A DNA stretch of 64,000 bases, taken from an uncultured Cryptobacterium sp. GTDB taxonomy: Bacteria; Actinomycetota; Coriobacteriia; Coriobacteriales; Eggerthellaceae. The position numbers and the translations under genes are program-made. Where the stretch lies: contig CAZDCX010000003.1 of assembly GCA_964504115.1 (NCBI GenBank), positions 14,796-78,795 of the forward strand, given 5' to 3'. The notes below the pieces were generated by a model, which did not search any database, was not told the DNA's origin, and saw nothing but the letters and a program-made list of their open reading frames with translations. Positions 51,026-59,693 of the stretch are shown in pieces (position 1 is the stretch's first letter; every line of letters starts with the position of its first letter).

Positions 51026-53281
51026 TCACGCGCGCGGCTGAGGCAGCGCTGTGCTTTGATCAGGGCCTACCCATTGGCGCACACGATCAAGCATCCCTTG
51101 AGTATCAAGCACGCTATAAGCAAACCCCTTGCGTAAAAGCTCGGGCGGAACATACTCATCATACTTTTCAAAGAGAGGCACTTCACCAGGATAAACAAGT
51201 TCAAGCGGATCGAAGGGCTTGGCTGCCTGCTTGGCAAGCACATCGTAAAAGCCTTGCTCATCGGTTTTCATGCGAAATTGCATAAAGTACGGACGCGCTG
51301 AGTCGAAGCCCTTCAGACCCAGACTATCTGCACATTTAATTTTAAGGAAGCGCTCGAGAGCTAGAAAAGCATAGCTTCCAAGCCAGGGAAAAAGCCCCCA
51401 GCTATCACCTCCCAGGTGAATGAGAGGCACACGGGAGATACCTGAGTTTCGAGCAGTAGAGCGCGCTTGCGCAAGACGAACTTGAGCATTATGCATGAGG
51501 TAGGGATACGTTACCTCTTCTTCAAGAACGCGAAGCATACGCTCAAGAATGACCGTGTTGATATCGCCGGGGCAATCGCCAAAATAAGCAGGAACTTGCC
51601 CCTTAACCTGGGTTGCATAAACAACATGGCGCTTATAATCAACTTCTTCAACAATCCACGTAGCACCCGCAATGGCTATCTTTTCTCCCGCAGGAGGCGG
51701 CATAACAATGGTGCCGAGCTCTTGCGATTCGCTGCGCACGGTGTACTCTTCGCTTTCCTGGAATACCCCATAAAAGCGATAATTATTAACAACGCGCTCA
51801 CCCGCAAGCCCAACTATGAGCCCACCTTCCTCGGTAAGCTGAATATGATCAATGCTTATGAGGTGATGCAGAAGCATACGGAAATCATCTGCACTCACCC
51901 GATGAAAATAACTCAGAGTAAGCACTCGAACGGCAAGCTCGGCAGCGCTCATCTCACCACCGCTAGCAAGCGTGGCCATAGTTTGATGGTAGAGCAAACT
52001 ATAGGGCAGGCGGTCAAGACGCGGAGGCTCCACCCAACGCTTTTCAAGGTAGAGCTGCACCAGTGCAATGCCTTGTAAAAGCTTCCAAGGAATGGTTTCA
52101 CCTAACGTGGCACGGGGCTCAGGCTTCTCTTCGCGCATAACAAACCACATTTCTGGAGGAGCACCACGACGGCCCGTACGCCCCATACGCTGCAAAAACG
52201 AACTCACGGTAAAGGGTGCATCTATCTGAAATGCGCGCTCAAGACGCCCAATATCAATGCCCAACTCAAGTGTGGAAGTAGTAACGGTAGTAAGGTTGAG
52301 ATCTTCTTCACGCATAGCATCTTCAGCACTCTCGCGATACGAAGCAGAAAGATTACCATGATGAATCAAAAAGCGATCGGGCTGTTTGGTAGCCTCACAA
52401 TAGCTGCGAAGGGTCGTAGTAACAGCCTCTGCTTCTTCGCGCGAGTTAGCAAAAACAAGGCATTTCTTACCACGGGTGTGCTCAAACACGTAACCAAGAC
52501 CCGGGTCGGCAGCAGCGGGTGCGGTATCGCTTGGAGGCTCGCTTGCCAAACAAAGGCCATCTTGCTCCTTAGGCTTTGATTCGCCTATAAAGAAATGCTC
52601 CATTGAAAGGCGCCAGCGCTGACCGGTATCTTCAATGCGAGGTATAACGGTATCGCGGCCCGATCCTGCCCCTAAAAAGCTGCCCGCCATCTGAAGATCA
52701 CCAATAGTAGCTGAAAGCCCAATGCGACGAGGGTTGCACCCGGCCAACCGCGAAAGACGCTCAATAAGGCACAGGCATTGACCACCACGATCTGCCCGCA
52801 TCAGAGAATGGATCTCATCGATAACGATGAAACGCACATCGCCAAATAAAGCACCGACATGAGCATGTTTATGCAACAAAATCGATTCCAACGACTCAGG
52901 TGTAATCTGCAGTATGCCACGGGGGTGTTTGAGAAGCTTACTCTTGCGCGATTGAGATACATCACCATGCCATCGGTAGACAGGAATATTGGCTTCCTCG
53001 CACAACTCATCGAGACGCCCGAATTGATCGTTAATCAAGGCCTTCAGGGGTGCAAGGTAGATTACCCCAATACTTGAAGGCGGGTCTTGTTCGAGTTGAG
53101 TGAGAATGGGGAAAAACGCCGCCTCGGTTTTACCCGAAGCCGTAGAAGCAGCAAGCAAAACGTTGTCTTGTGTGTTAAAGATGGCATCAGCAGCGGCCAC
53201 TTGTACCGAGCGCAAGCTATCCCACCCATTGCGATAGATAAAATCTTGAATGAAGGGCGCATATGAAGAAAAAACATCCAT
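51026..53281 (-). CDS. Lhr-like DEAD/DEAH helicase (Shango SngC-like)
   Basis: ASTASGKTEAAF, PLKALINDQF, TPESLE, DEIH, GLSATIG, HHGNLS, TSTLELGIDIG, QRMGRTGRR. Confidence 0.9.
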   Translation of the reverse strand: MDVFSSYAPFIQDFIYRNGWDSLRSVQVAAADAIFNTQDNVLLAASTASGKTEAAFFPILTQLEQDPPSSIGVIYLAPLKALINDQFGRLDELCEEANIPVYRWHGDVSQSRKSKLLKHPRGILQITPESLESILLHKHAHVGALFGDVRFIVIDEIHSLMRADRGGQCLCLIERLSRLAGCNPRRIGLSATIGDLQMAGSFLGAGSGRDTVIPRIEDTGQRWRLSMEHFFIGESKPKEQDGLCLASEPPSDTAPAAADPGLGYVFEHTRGKKCLVFANSREEAEAVTTTLRSYCEATKQPDRFLIHHGNLSASYRESAEDAMREEDLNLTTVTTSTLELGIDIGRLERAFQIDAPFTVSSFLQRMGRTGRRGAPPEMWFVMREEKPEPRATLGETIPWKLLQGIALVQLYLEKRWVEPPRLDRLPYSLLYHQTMATLASGGEMSAAELAVRVLTLSYFHRVSADDFRMLLHHLISIDHIQLTEEGGLIVGLAGERVVNNYRFYGVFQESEEYTVRSESQELGTIVMPPPAGEKIAIAGATWIVEEVDYKRHVVYATQVKGQVPAYFGDCPGDINTVILERMLRVLEEEVTYPYLMHNAQVRLAQARSTARNSGISRVPLIHLGGDSWGLFPWLGSYAFLALERFLKIKCADSLGLKGFDSARPYFMQFRMKTDEQGFYDVLAKQAAKPFDPLELVYPGEVPLFEKYDEYVPPELLRKGFAYSVLDTQGMLDRVRQWVGPDQSTALPQPRA

Positions 53282-53292
53282 GGCGCAGTCAC

Positions 53293-54660
53293 CTAAAGGG
53301 TAAATTCGGTAAGCTCTTCAAGGCGGTTTGAATCAGACGTTTGCACAACGCTGCCCTCTATGTGAGATGGGCTCGATGCATATGAATCATGCTCAAACTG
53401 ATCACTTGCGAGAAGCTGATCCATGCTTGCTTCTGGGTTTTGATACATGATATCGAGTAGCTCAATAAAGTCACGTATAACCTCGCGAGGAGTAATGTGC
53501 GTAGAAGCACCAACCCGCTCAAACTCCGTTGAGATAAAACGTGCAAGTTGAGTGCTGGTAATTTGAGGCTCATAGCCCATAAGCTGGCCATGAATAGCGG
53601 CAAGCTTTTCGGTAAGAATAAGCAACTCTTCATAAGTAAGGGGTACAAGCCGAATAATAGGCGCGAGCATATCTTTGTATTGCTGCCCCGCAAAGCGCCC
53701 CTCTGCTAAACGACTACGCAATGCTTCATAGCTGTAGATACCACGACGTTTATCTTCAACGCACTGCGGCGTACCACCCATGATGATTCCCAAATGCTTT
53801 GCCCTGCCCTGCAAGGTATCGTTGTACATGGTGAGAATCTTCTCGTAGTTATACTGACGCGTAATAGCGTTGGGTATTTTGTAGATATTAACGAGCTCAT
53901 CAACCAGAACAAGGAGGCCGGCGTAACCTGCTTGCACAAAAAATGACGCAAAAAGCTTTATATACTCATACCAATTATCATCAGTAATAACAATGCGCAC
54001 CCCAAGCTCGGCTTTGGCCTCAGTTTTGTTGGCATATTCGCCGCGGAACCATTTGACTACCTTTGCCTTGGTTGCATCATCATCTTGCAGGCAAGCATGC
54101 GAGTATGCCACGAGAAGCTGTGCAAAATCAAAGCCATGCACCAACTCGGAAAGCGTACTGGTAACCTCGTGGATGCGAAGCTCAACCTGTTGCTCAAATA
54201 CACTACTCCCCGGCTTATATCCATCCTGCAATACCGAATTTTGAATGCCAGAAATCCACCGATCAAGAATAAGCGTAAGCGCACCGCCCTCTGGACGTGT
54301 TTTGGTGGACATGTTGCGAATAAGCTCCTTGTAGGTGGCAAGGCCTTGGCCGTGGCTGCCTTGCAAGCGCCGCTCTGGCGAAAGGTCGGCATCAATTACC
54401 ACAAAATTACGATCCATCGCATAATTGCGAATGGTTTGCAGAAGAAAGCTTTTGCCGCTTCCATACTTACCCACAATAAAACGAAACGTTGCCCCGCCAT
54501 CGGCAATGATATCTACATCATGCAAAAGCGCATCAATTTCTGCCTCGCGACCAACGGCTATATACGGAAGCCCCACCCGAGGCACGACGCCACCCTTGAG
54601 AGAATTAAGTACAGCCTGGGCGATACGCTTGGGAATTTTTTTATAGGAAACAGCACTCAT
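53293..54660 (-). CDS. DUF2791 / BrxD-like P-loop ATPase (Shango SngB-like)
   Basis: SLKGGVVPRVGL..IAVGRE, GKYGSGKSF Walker A, ADLSPERRL, GYAGLLVLVDELVN, SYEALRSRL, TPREVIRDF. Confidence 0.9.
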   Translation of the reverse strand: MSAVSYKKIPKRIAQAVLNSLKGGVVPRVGLPYIAVGREAEIDALLHDVDIIADGGATFRFIVGKYGSGKSFLLQTIRNYAMDRNFVVIDADLSPERRLQGSHGQGLATYKELIRNMSTKTRPEGGALTLILDRWISGIQNSVLQDGYKPGSSVFEQQVELRIHEVTSTLSELVHGFDFAQLLVAYSHACLQDDDATKAKVVKWFRGEYANKTEAKAELGVRIVITDDNWYEYIKLFASFFVQAGYAGLLVLVDELVNIYKIPNAITRQYNYEKILTMYNDTLQGRAKHLGIIMGGTPQCVEDKRRGIYSYEALRSRLAEGRFAGQQYKDMLAPIIRLVPLTYEELLILTEKLAAIHGQLMGYEPQITSTQLARFISTEFERVGASTHITPREVIRDFIELLDIMYQNPEASMDQLLASDQFEHDSYASSPSHIEGSVVQTSDSNRLEELTEFTL

Positions 54661-54675
54661 AATATTCCTCGGATT

Positions 54676-56322
54676 CTATTTACAAAGAGCTTGTAAGTCT
54701 TGCGCATAATCTTCAATGATGACGGGATTATCTGAAGCAGCATCAATGCAAATGTCTGCAAACAGGTCATAGAGCTTTTCATTTATTGAATCGATAAGCA
54801 CCGAAGCGATGCAGTGATGCTCTTGCTCAAATTCAGATAGTGGCTTGCCAGAAAAAAGATACGAAATGAGGGCAACTTCCAGCGGCTCGAGCAAAGATTC
54901 AGATGTTGGATCCTCACGCTGCTCTGGATAAAGCTCGGGGCCAGCGCCTTCCCTTGGCTCCCGAGAAGGAACAGACAGACCAGCCCCATCAGAGCCCAAA
55001 GCAGCAACCGATTGATCAGAAGCAGCCACCGGCTGAGCAGAAACAGCAGTACCGAAGCTAGGCAAAGTGCACGATTCCCAGATAAGCTGCCCCTGCCCCT
55101 CTTCGGCTTCCTCAACGATAAGCTTTTCACACGTTATATTTGCGGCCTGACGGATGGAATCGAGTTGACCAAAATCAATATGCACAGCTCGTGCTTTGCG
55201 CGCACGCGTGGCTTCTACCAAGGAGCGAGCATAGGTTTTGGCCTCCTTGATAAGATATTGGGCAGGAAGCGAACACTCAAGCACATTGGGATAATCGTAC
55301 GCATCGCGCAAAATACTCTCGCACGACTCAAGCAAGTGTGTTACCCAGGTAAGCGGGCCAGCAAGATTAGGATAGTACTCCCTTACCCACACGCCTCTAT
55401 GACAACGAATAATATCGTGTTTGTTAATAGCATACTTCTGCTGCTGAGTACCAAGTGGGTTGGCAAAAACAGCGCGCTCGAACGGTTGATACTGAACAAT
55501 TTTTTGCCGACCGAGTAACTTCGATATCAAACTGGTTTTGAGCTTGGTATCGTGATGAGCCCAAGCATACCGATACACATGCACCACCAGCTGCCGAACC
55601 TGCGCCTCGTGCTCGATAAAAAAATACGAAGAGGGCATATCATAGGCGCCCAATTGCAAAAGGGCCTCGAAGAGCACCTCATCAGGCTGAGAAACGCCCT
55701 CTTCAAGCACACAAAATGCCTGTTCATAGCAAGCCGGGCCTTGGGGGCAAAGTAGATTTGGGTCAAGCCCATAGTAGATAACAAAATCTTTGAGCCATCT
55801 TTGATAGGTGCGCGCAAATCGCGCATCAAAGCGACCGTATTGATTGCCGAAGGCACGCATAGCTTCAAACCCAGCTTGAGGGCTCTCAACTCCAACAAGA
55901 TGAATTAGCTCGTAAAGGTAGAGATAAGCAAATGAGAGCGAGTCGCGCTCTATAGTGCCATGGCGTACCTTCGTGCGCCATGCAAAATAACCTCGCAACT
56001 CTGAATTGCTCATGGCCTCATAGGTAGGGTAATACCGCGAGAAGGTGCCTGCGAAATTATAATCATCCTCATAATCGGCAAGCAAACAAGCTTGATGATA
56101 AAATATCTTGGCTGATGATAAGCGCTGGGTAGTTTGAGTTCGAGCTAAGGCTCGTGCTTGGCGGATAGGTTCTGGCACAAAGCTTTTAAGCTGACAGCCT
56201 GTCATAATAATGGGCTGATCGTGATAAACCGCTTCACTGAAGGCTGCATGCGAACTTAACGCCTGAGAGATTTGTAGGCGCAGCTCTTCAATATCAAGTT
56301 GCTGTTGAGCTGCCTGTGCCAC
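54676..56322 (-). CDS. TerB-N/TerB-C domain protein (Shango SngA-like)
   Basis: TerB_N-like YYPTYEAMSNSELRGYFAWRT..SFAYLYLYELI; TerB_C-like LIDSINEKLYDLFADICI..IIEDY; GTG 56322 after SD GGGAGAGG. Confidence 0.85.
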   Translation of the reverse strand: MAQAAQQQLDIEELRLQISQALSSHAAFSEAVYHDQPIIMTGCQLKSFVPEPIRQARALARTQTTQRLSSAKIFYHQACLLADYEDDYNFAGTFSRYYPTYEAMSNSELRGYFAWRTKVRHGTIERDSLSFAYLYLYELIHLVGVESPQAGFEAMRAFGNQYGRFDARFARTYQRWLKDFVIYYGLDPNLLCPQGPACYEQAFCVLEEGVSQPDEVLFEALLQLGAYDMPSSYFFIEHEAQVRQLVVHVYRYAWAHHDTKLKTSLISKLLGRQKIVQYQPFERAVFANPLGTQQQKYAINKHDIIRCHRGVWVREYYPNLAGPLTWVTHLLESCESILRDAYDYPNVLECSLPAQYLIKEAKTYARSLVEATRARKARAVHIDFGQLDSIRQAANITCEKLIVEEAEEGQGQLIWESCTLPSFGTAVSAQPVAASDQSVAALGSDGAGLSVPSREPREGAGPELYPEQREDPTSESLLEPLEVALISYLFSGKPLSEFEQEHHCIASVLIDSINEKLYDLFADICIDAASDNPVIIEDYAQDLQALCK

Positions 56323-56346
56323 TATGCTAAAACCTCTCCCACAAAA

Positions 56347-56360
56347 CAAACGGATGTTCG
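56347..56360. promoter_or_regulatory. LexA (SOS) box 1
   Basis: Minus strand CGAAC-ATCC-GTTTG versus consensus CGAAC-N4-GTTCG; 8 bp downstream of the extended -10 TGCTATACT (56377-56369). Confidence 0.7.
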
Positions 56361-56382
56361 TAATTTTTAGTATAGCAAATAA

Positions 56383-56396
56383 CGAACAGGTGTTCT
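56383..56396. promoter_or_regulatory. LexA (SOS) box 2
   Basis: CGAAC-AGGT-GTTCT; overlaps the -35 of the minus-strand promoter and the spacer of a plus-strand promoter. Confidence 0.75.
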
Positions 56397-56435
56397 ATGG
56401 TATGAGAAAGAAAGTTTACTGAGAAGGATAAACTT

Positions 56436-57383
56436 ATGTGTACAGCAATCCGCTTCACTGATGATAAAGGCAAAATGTATGCTGGCCGCAACCTCGACTG
56501 GGAATGTGGCTACGGCCAAGGCGTTACTGTGACCCCGCGCAATTACGTGCGCCACTATTGCTTTGAGCCGCCCGCAACCGGGCATGCCATTGTGGGAACT
56601 TGCATTATTGTTAACACCTTGCCACTTTATTTTGACTGCGGCAACGAGAAGGGCCTCTATGTTGCTGGATTAAACTTCCCCGGCTATACCGAGTATGAGC
56701 AAGAAGCTCAAGAAGGCAAAACAAACATCGCCGCATACGAGTTTTCGCTGTGGGTAGCCAGCACCTTTGCCACCGTTGATGAAGCGGAAGAAGCACTCAA
56801 AAATGTCGCTATCGTGGGCAAGCCTATCAATGATGAATATCCTGTTTCTTTGCTGCACTACTTTATCTGCGATGCCCACCGCTCTATTGTGGTCGAATAT
56901 ATGTCTGACGGCATTCACATCCACCACAACGATGTTGACGTTCTTTCTAATCAGCCCACCTTTGATTGGCATCGCGAAAACTTGCGAAGCTACCTCACCT
57001 TAAGCCCCGAATATGGGCCAAGTAAAACTTGGGATAAAACCCAACTTGCGCCCTATGGCAGCGGTGGCCAGTTGGTAGGGCTCCCTGGCTCTAATTACTC
57101 GCCCGACCGCTTCGTGCGCGCAGCTTATTACAACAGCCACTACCCTGTTCAGTCAGGCGAGCAAAACAACGTGGTGCGCTTAATCAGAACGCTTCTTTCG
57201 GTTGTTCAAACGCTCGGTGGCGCAAAAATGGAAGATGGCCAATACGAATACACCTTATACACCAGCGGCTATTCGGCCCAAACCCAAACTTACTACGTTT
57301 CGCTGTACGAAGATCCAGCCATTAAAGCTTATCCCATGAAGGCACTTCCTCTCGAAGAATGCAAACCCTGCACGTTCCTCTAG
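56436..57383 (+). CDS. bsh: Choloylglycine hydrolase (bile salt hydrolase / Ntn-hydrolase)
   Basis: N-terminal nucleophile MC, GRNLDW, NEKGL..AGLNFPG, LSNQPTF.WH.ENLR, PG...SPDRFVR, EYTLYTSGYS. Confidence 0.9.
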   Translation: MCTAIRFTDDKGKMYAGRNLDWECGYGQGVTVTPRNYVRHYCFEPPATGHAIVGTCIIVNTLPLYFDCGNEKGLYVAGLNFPGYTEYEQEAQEGKTNIAAYEFSLWVASTFATVDEAEEALKNVAIVGKPINDEYPVSLLHYFICDAHRSIVVEYMSDGIHIHHNDVDVLSNQPTFDWHRENLRSYLTLSPEYGPSKTWDKTQLAPYGSGGQLVGLPGSNYSPDRFVRAAYYNSHYPVQSGEQNNVVRLIRTLLSVVQTLGGAKMEDGQYEYTLYTSGYSAQTQTYYVSLYEDPAIKAYPMKALPLEECKPCTFL

Positions 57384-57709
57384 AGCAGCACGCGGATAGC
57401 ACAGGCAACAAAAAAGATAACGGGCTTTTAGGCCTTACGTTTTACCTATCGGTTTTGTAGGTTTTACTCTGTACATTCTTTTCTCAAAAACGAGCTTGTT
57501 TTCCGATTTCAAAAAAGGGTTTTTGTGTTTGCCCAGGTCATCAGCTCATGTAAAGGGAAATAACCAGTTACCAGAAAAAGGAATAACCCTCAAATTCGTT
57601 ATTTCCCTATTTCCTATTGCATTTGGGTGTTTTTACGATTTTAATAGCGCACAGAGATTCGATCGAACGTGTTAACGCAGCAAATAACTTTGAAAGAAAG
57701 GCACATTCC

Positions 57710-59005
57710 ATGACTGACCATAACTATAAATTTGAGACTCTCCAGCTTCACGTTGGCCAAGAGCAAGCCGACCCCACGACCGATTCGCGCGCAGTGCCAA
57801 TTTATCAGACCACTTCTTATGTCTTCCATAACTCAGCGCATGCAGCTGCTCGTTTTGGGCTTGCCGATCCTGGTAATATTTACGGACGTTTGACCAATTC
57901 AACCCAAGATGTTTTTGAAAAACGCATTGCCGCCTTGGAGGGTGGCGTAGCAGGTTTGGCATTAGCTTCAGGCGCTGCCGCTATCACCTATACCATTGAA
58001 GCCCTCGCTAAAGCAGGCGAGCATATTGTTGCGCAAAAAACCATTTACGGCGGTACCTATAACTTGCTCGCTCATACGCTTGCAAATTATGGGATCGAAA
58101 CTACTTTTGTTGACGCACATAATCTCAAAGAAGTGGAAGCTGCCATTCAGGAAAACACCAAGGCGATCTTCCTTGAAACGCTTGGCAATCCCAATTCCGA
58201 TATTCCCGATATTGATGCTATATCCGAAATTGCCCATAAGCATGGCATTCCTGTTGCGATAGACAACACCTTCGGAACACCCTATTTAATTCGCCCGATC
58301 GAGCATGGTGCAGATATCGTTGTTCACTCTGCTACCAAGTTCATTGGAGGACATGGTACGACACTCGGCGGTGTGATCGTCGATTCTGGCAAGTTCGATT
58401 GGGCGAAGTCAGGCAAATATCCCAACATTGCCGCCCCTAACCCCAGTTATCACGGTGTTTCCTTTGTTGAGGCTGCTGGGCCTGCTGCTTTTGCAACTTA
58501 TATCCGCGCCATTCTCTTGCGCGACCAGGGTGCAACCATCTCGCCCTTCAATGCCTTCCTTCTGCTCCAAGGCACCGAAACGCTCTCTCTTCGTTTGGAT
58601 CGCCATGTAGAGAACACCAAGAAGGTTGTTGAATACTTGCAAGGCCATCCTCTGGTAGAAAAGGTAAACCATCCATCACTGCCCAATCACCCCGACCATG
58701 AAATCTACGAGCGCTACTTCCCCAACGGCGGTGCTTCGATCTTCACGTTTAACATCAAAGGCGGCCAAACCGAAGCGCACACCTTTATCGACAACCTCGA
58801 GATATTCTCGCTGCTTGCCAATGTTGCCGATGTGAAGAGTTTAGTTATCCATCCCGGTACGACCACGCACTCACAACTCTCGGAAGAAGAACTCCTAGAC
58901 CAGGACATCCATCCAAACACCATCCGTCTTTCGATCGGCACCGAACATATTGATGACATCATCGCCGATCTTGATCAAGCATTCAAAGCTGTCGAAGCGC
59001 TTTAA
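57710..59005 (+). CDS. metY: O-acetylhomoserine sulfhydrylase
   Basis: FETLQLHVGQE, VPIYQTTSY, NIYGRL, VHSATKFIGGHG, ANVADVKSLVIHP, RLSIGTE; ATG 57710 after GAAAGG. Confidence 0.95.
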   Translation: MTDHNYKFETLQLHVGQEQADPTTDSRAVPIYQTTSYVFHNSAHAAARFGLADPGNIYGRLTNSTQDVFEKRIAALEGGVAGLALASGAAAITYTIEALAKAGEHIVAQKTIYGGTYNLLAHTLANYGIETTFVDAHNLKEVEAAIQENTKAIFLETLGNPNSDIPDIDAISEIAHKHGIPVAIDNTFGTPYLIRPIEHGADIVVHSATKFIGGHGTTLGGVIVDSGKFDWAKSGKYPNIAAPNPSYHGVSFVEAAGPAAFATYIRAILLRDQGATISPFNAFLLLQGTETLSLRLDRHVENTKKVVEYLQGHPLVEKVNHPSLPNHPDHEIYERYFPNGGASIFTFNIKGGQTEAHTFIDNLEIFSLLANVADVKSLVIHPGTTTHSQLSEEELLDQDIHPNTIRLSIGTEHIDDIIADLDQAFKAVEAL

Positions 59006-59224
59006 ATCAAGCGTATAGAACCCTCCTTTTCCTTCAATCTATTCTCATAATTAATTCGACACACACTACGGATGATGTGATACTAAGACCAAGAGGCCAA
59101 ATCGCTTGATGCGACTCGGCCTCTTGGCATGTTTTGGCTCCAAAAACATCCTTTCAAAGCCTTGCCCTGTGCAATTAAAACCAGCAATAATAAAGCCAGA
59201 TCCCCTTGTTTGTCAGGAGTATTC

Positions 59225-59677
59225 ATGCGCGCTTTATTACAACGAGTTACCTCTGCTTCCGTTACCACCGCCCAGCAACCACCGCATGCAATCGAGCAGG
59301 GTTATGTTGTCTTTCTCGGTGTTGGCCCAAACGATACCGAGGAAGTTGCAAAAAAGCTCTGGAACAAAATAGTAAAGCTGCGCATCTTTGAAGATTCAGA
59401 AGGTAAAACTAACCTTTCGCTGCGCGAGGTAGAAGGCAGCGTTCTTTTGGTGTCGCAGTTTACGCTCTATGCCGATTGCCGCAAAGGTAACCGCCCCTCT
59501 TTTACCAAAGGAGCAGCACCTCAAGTGGCCGAGCACCTTTATAACTACTTTGCCGGCCTCATCCGCGCTGATGATATCCCTCTGGAAACGGGATGGTTCG
59601 GTGCCATGATGAACGTTGAACTGGTAAATAATGGCCCCTTTACGATATGGCTTGATACCGACGACATGAGCCGCTAA
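59225..59677 (+). CDS. dtd: D-aminoacyl-tRNA deacylase
   Basis: MRALLQRV, LRIFED, SQFTL, KGNRPSF, NNGPFT; SD AGGAG. Confidence 0.96.
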   Translation: MRALLQRVTSASVTTAQQPPHAIEQGYVVFLGVGPNDTEEVAKKLWNKIVKLRIFEDSEGKTNLSLREVEGSVLLVSQFTLYADCRKGNRPSFTKGAAPQVAEHLYNYFAGLIRADDIPLETGWFGAMMNVELVNNGPFTIWLDTDDMSR

Positions 59678-59693
59678 CTGCCTGCCTTGCCCC

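Noticed and set aside
53293-54660. BREX system (BrxD-like ATPase)
   Set aside because: No pglZ, pglX or brxC. The flanking TerB and Lhr genes fit the Shango arrangement.
45984-56322. que operon plus nearby helicase/ATPase genes as a Dpd-type 7-deazaguanine DNA-modification system
   Set aside because: No DpdA/TGT-like gene in the window. QueF and a preQ1 riboswitch point to the tRNA pathway, and dapL and a thioesterase separate the two loci.
39812-59005. Genomic island integrated at tRNA-Lys or tRNA-His
   Set aside because: No integrase, no duplicated tRNA 3' end spotted, no obvious compositional shift, and core genes (dapL, yigZ) are interspersed.
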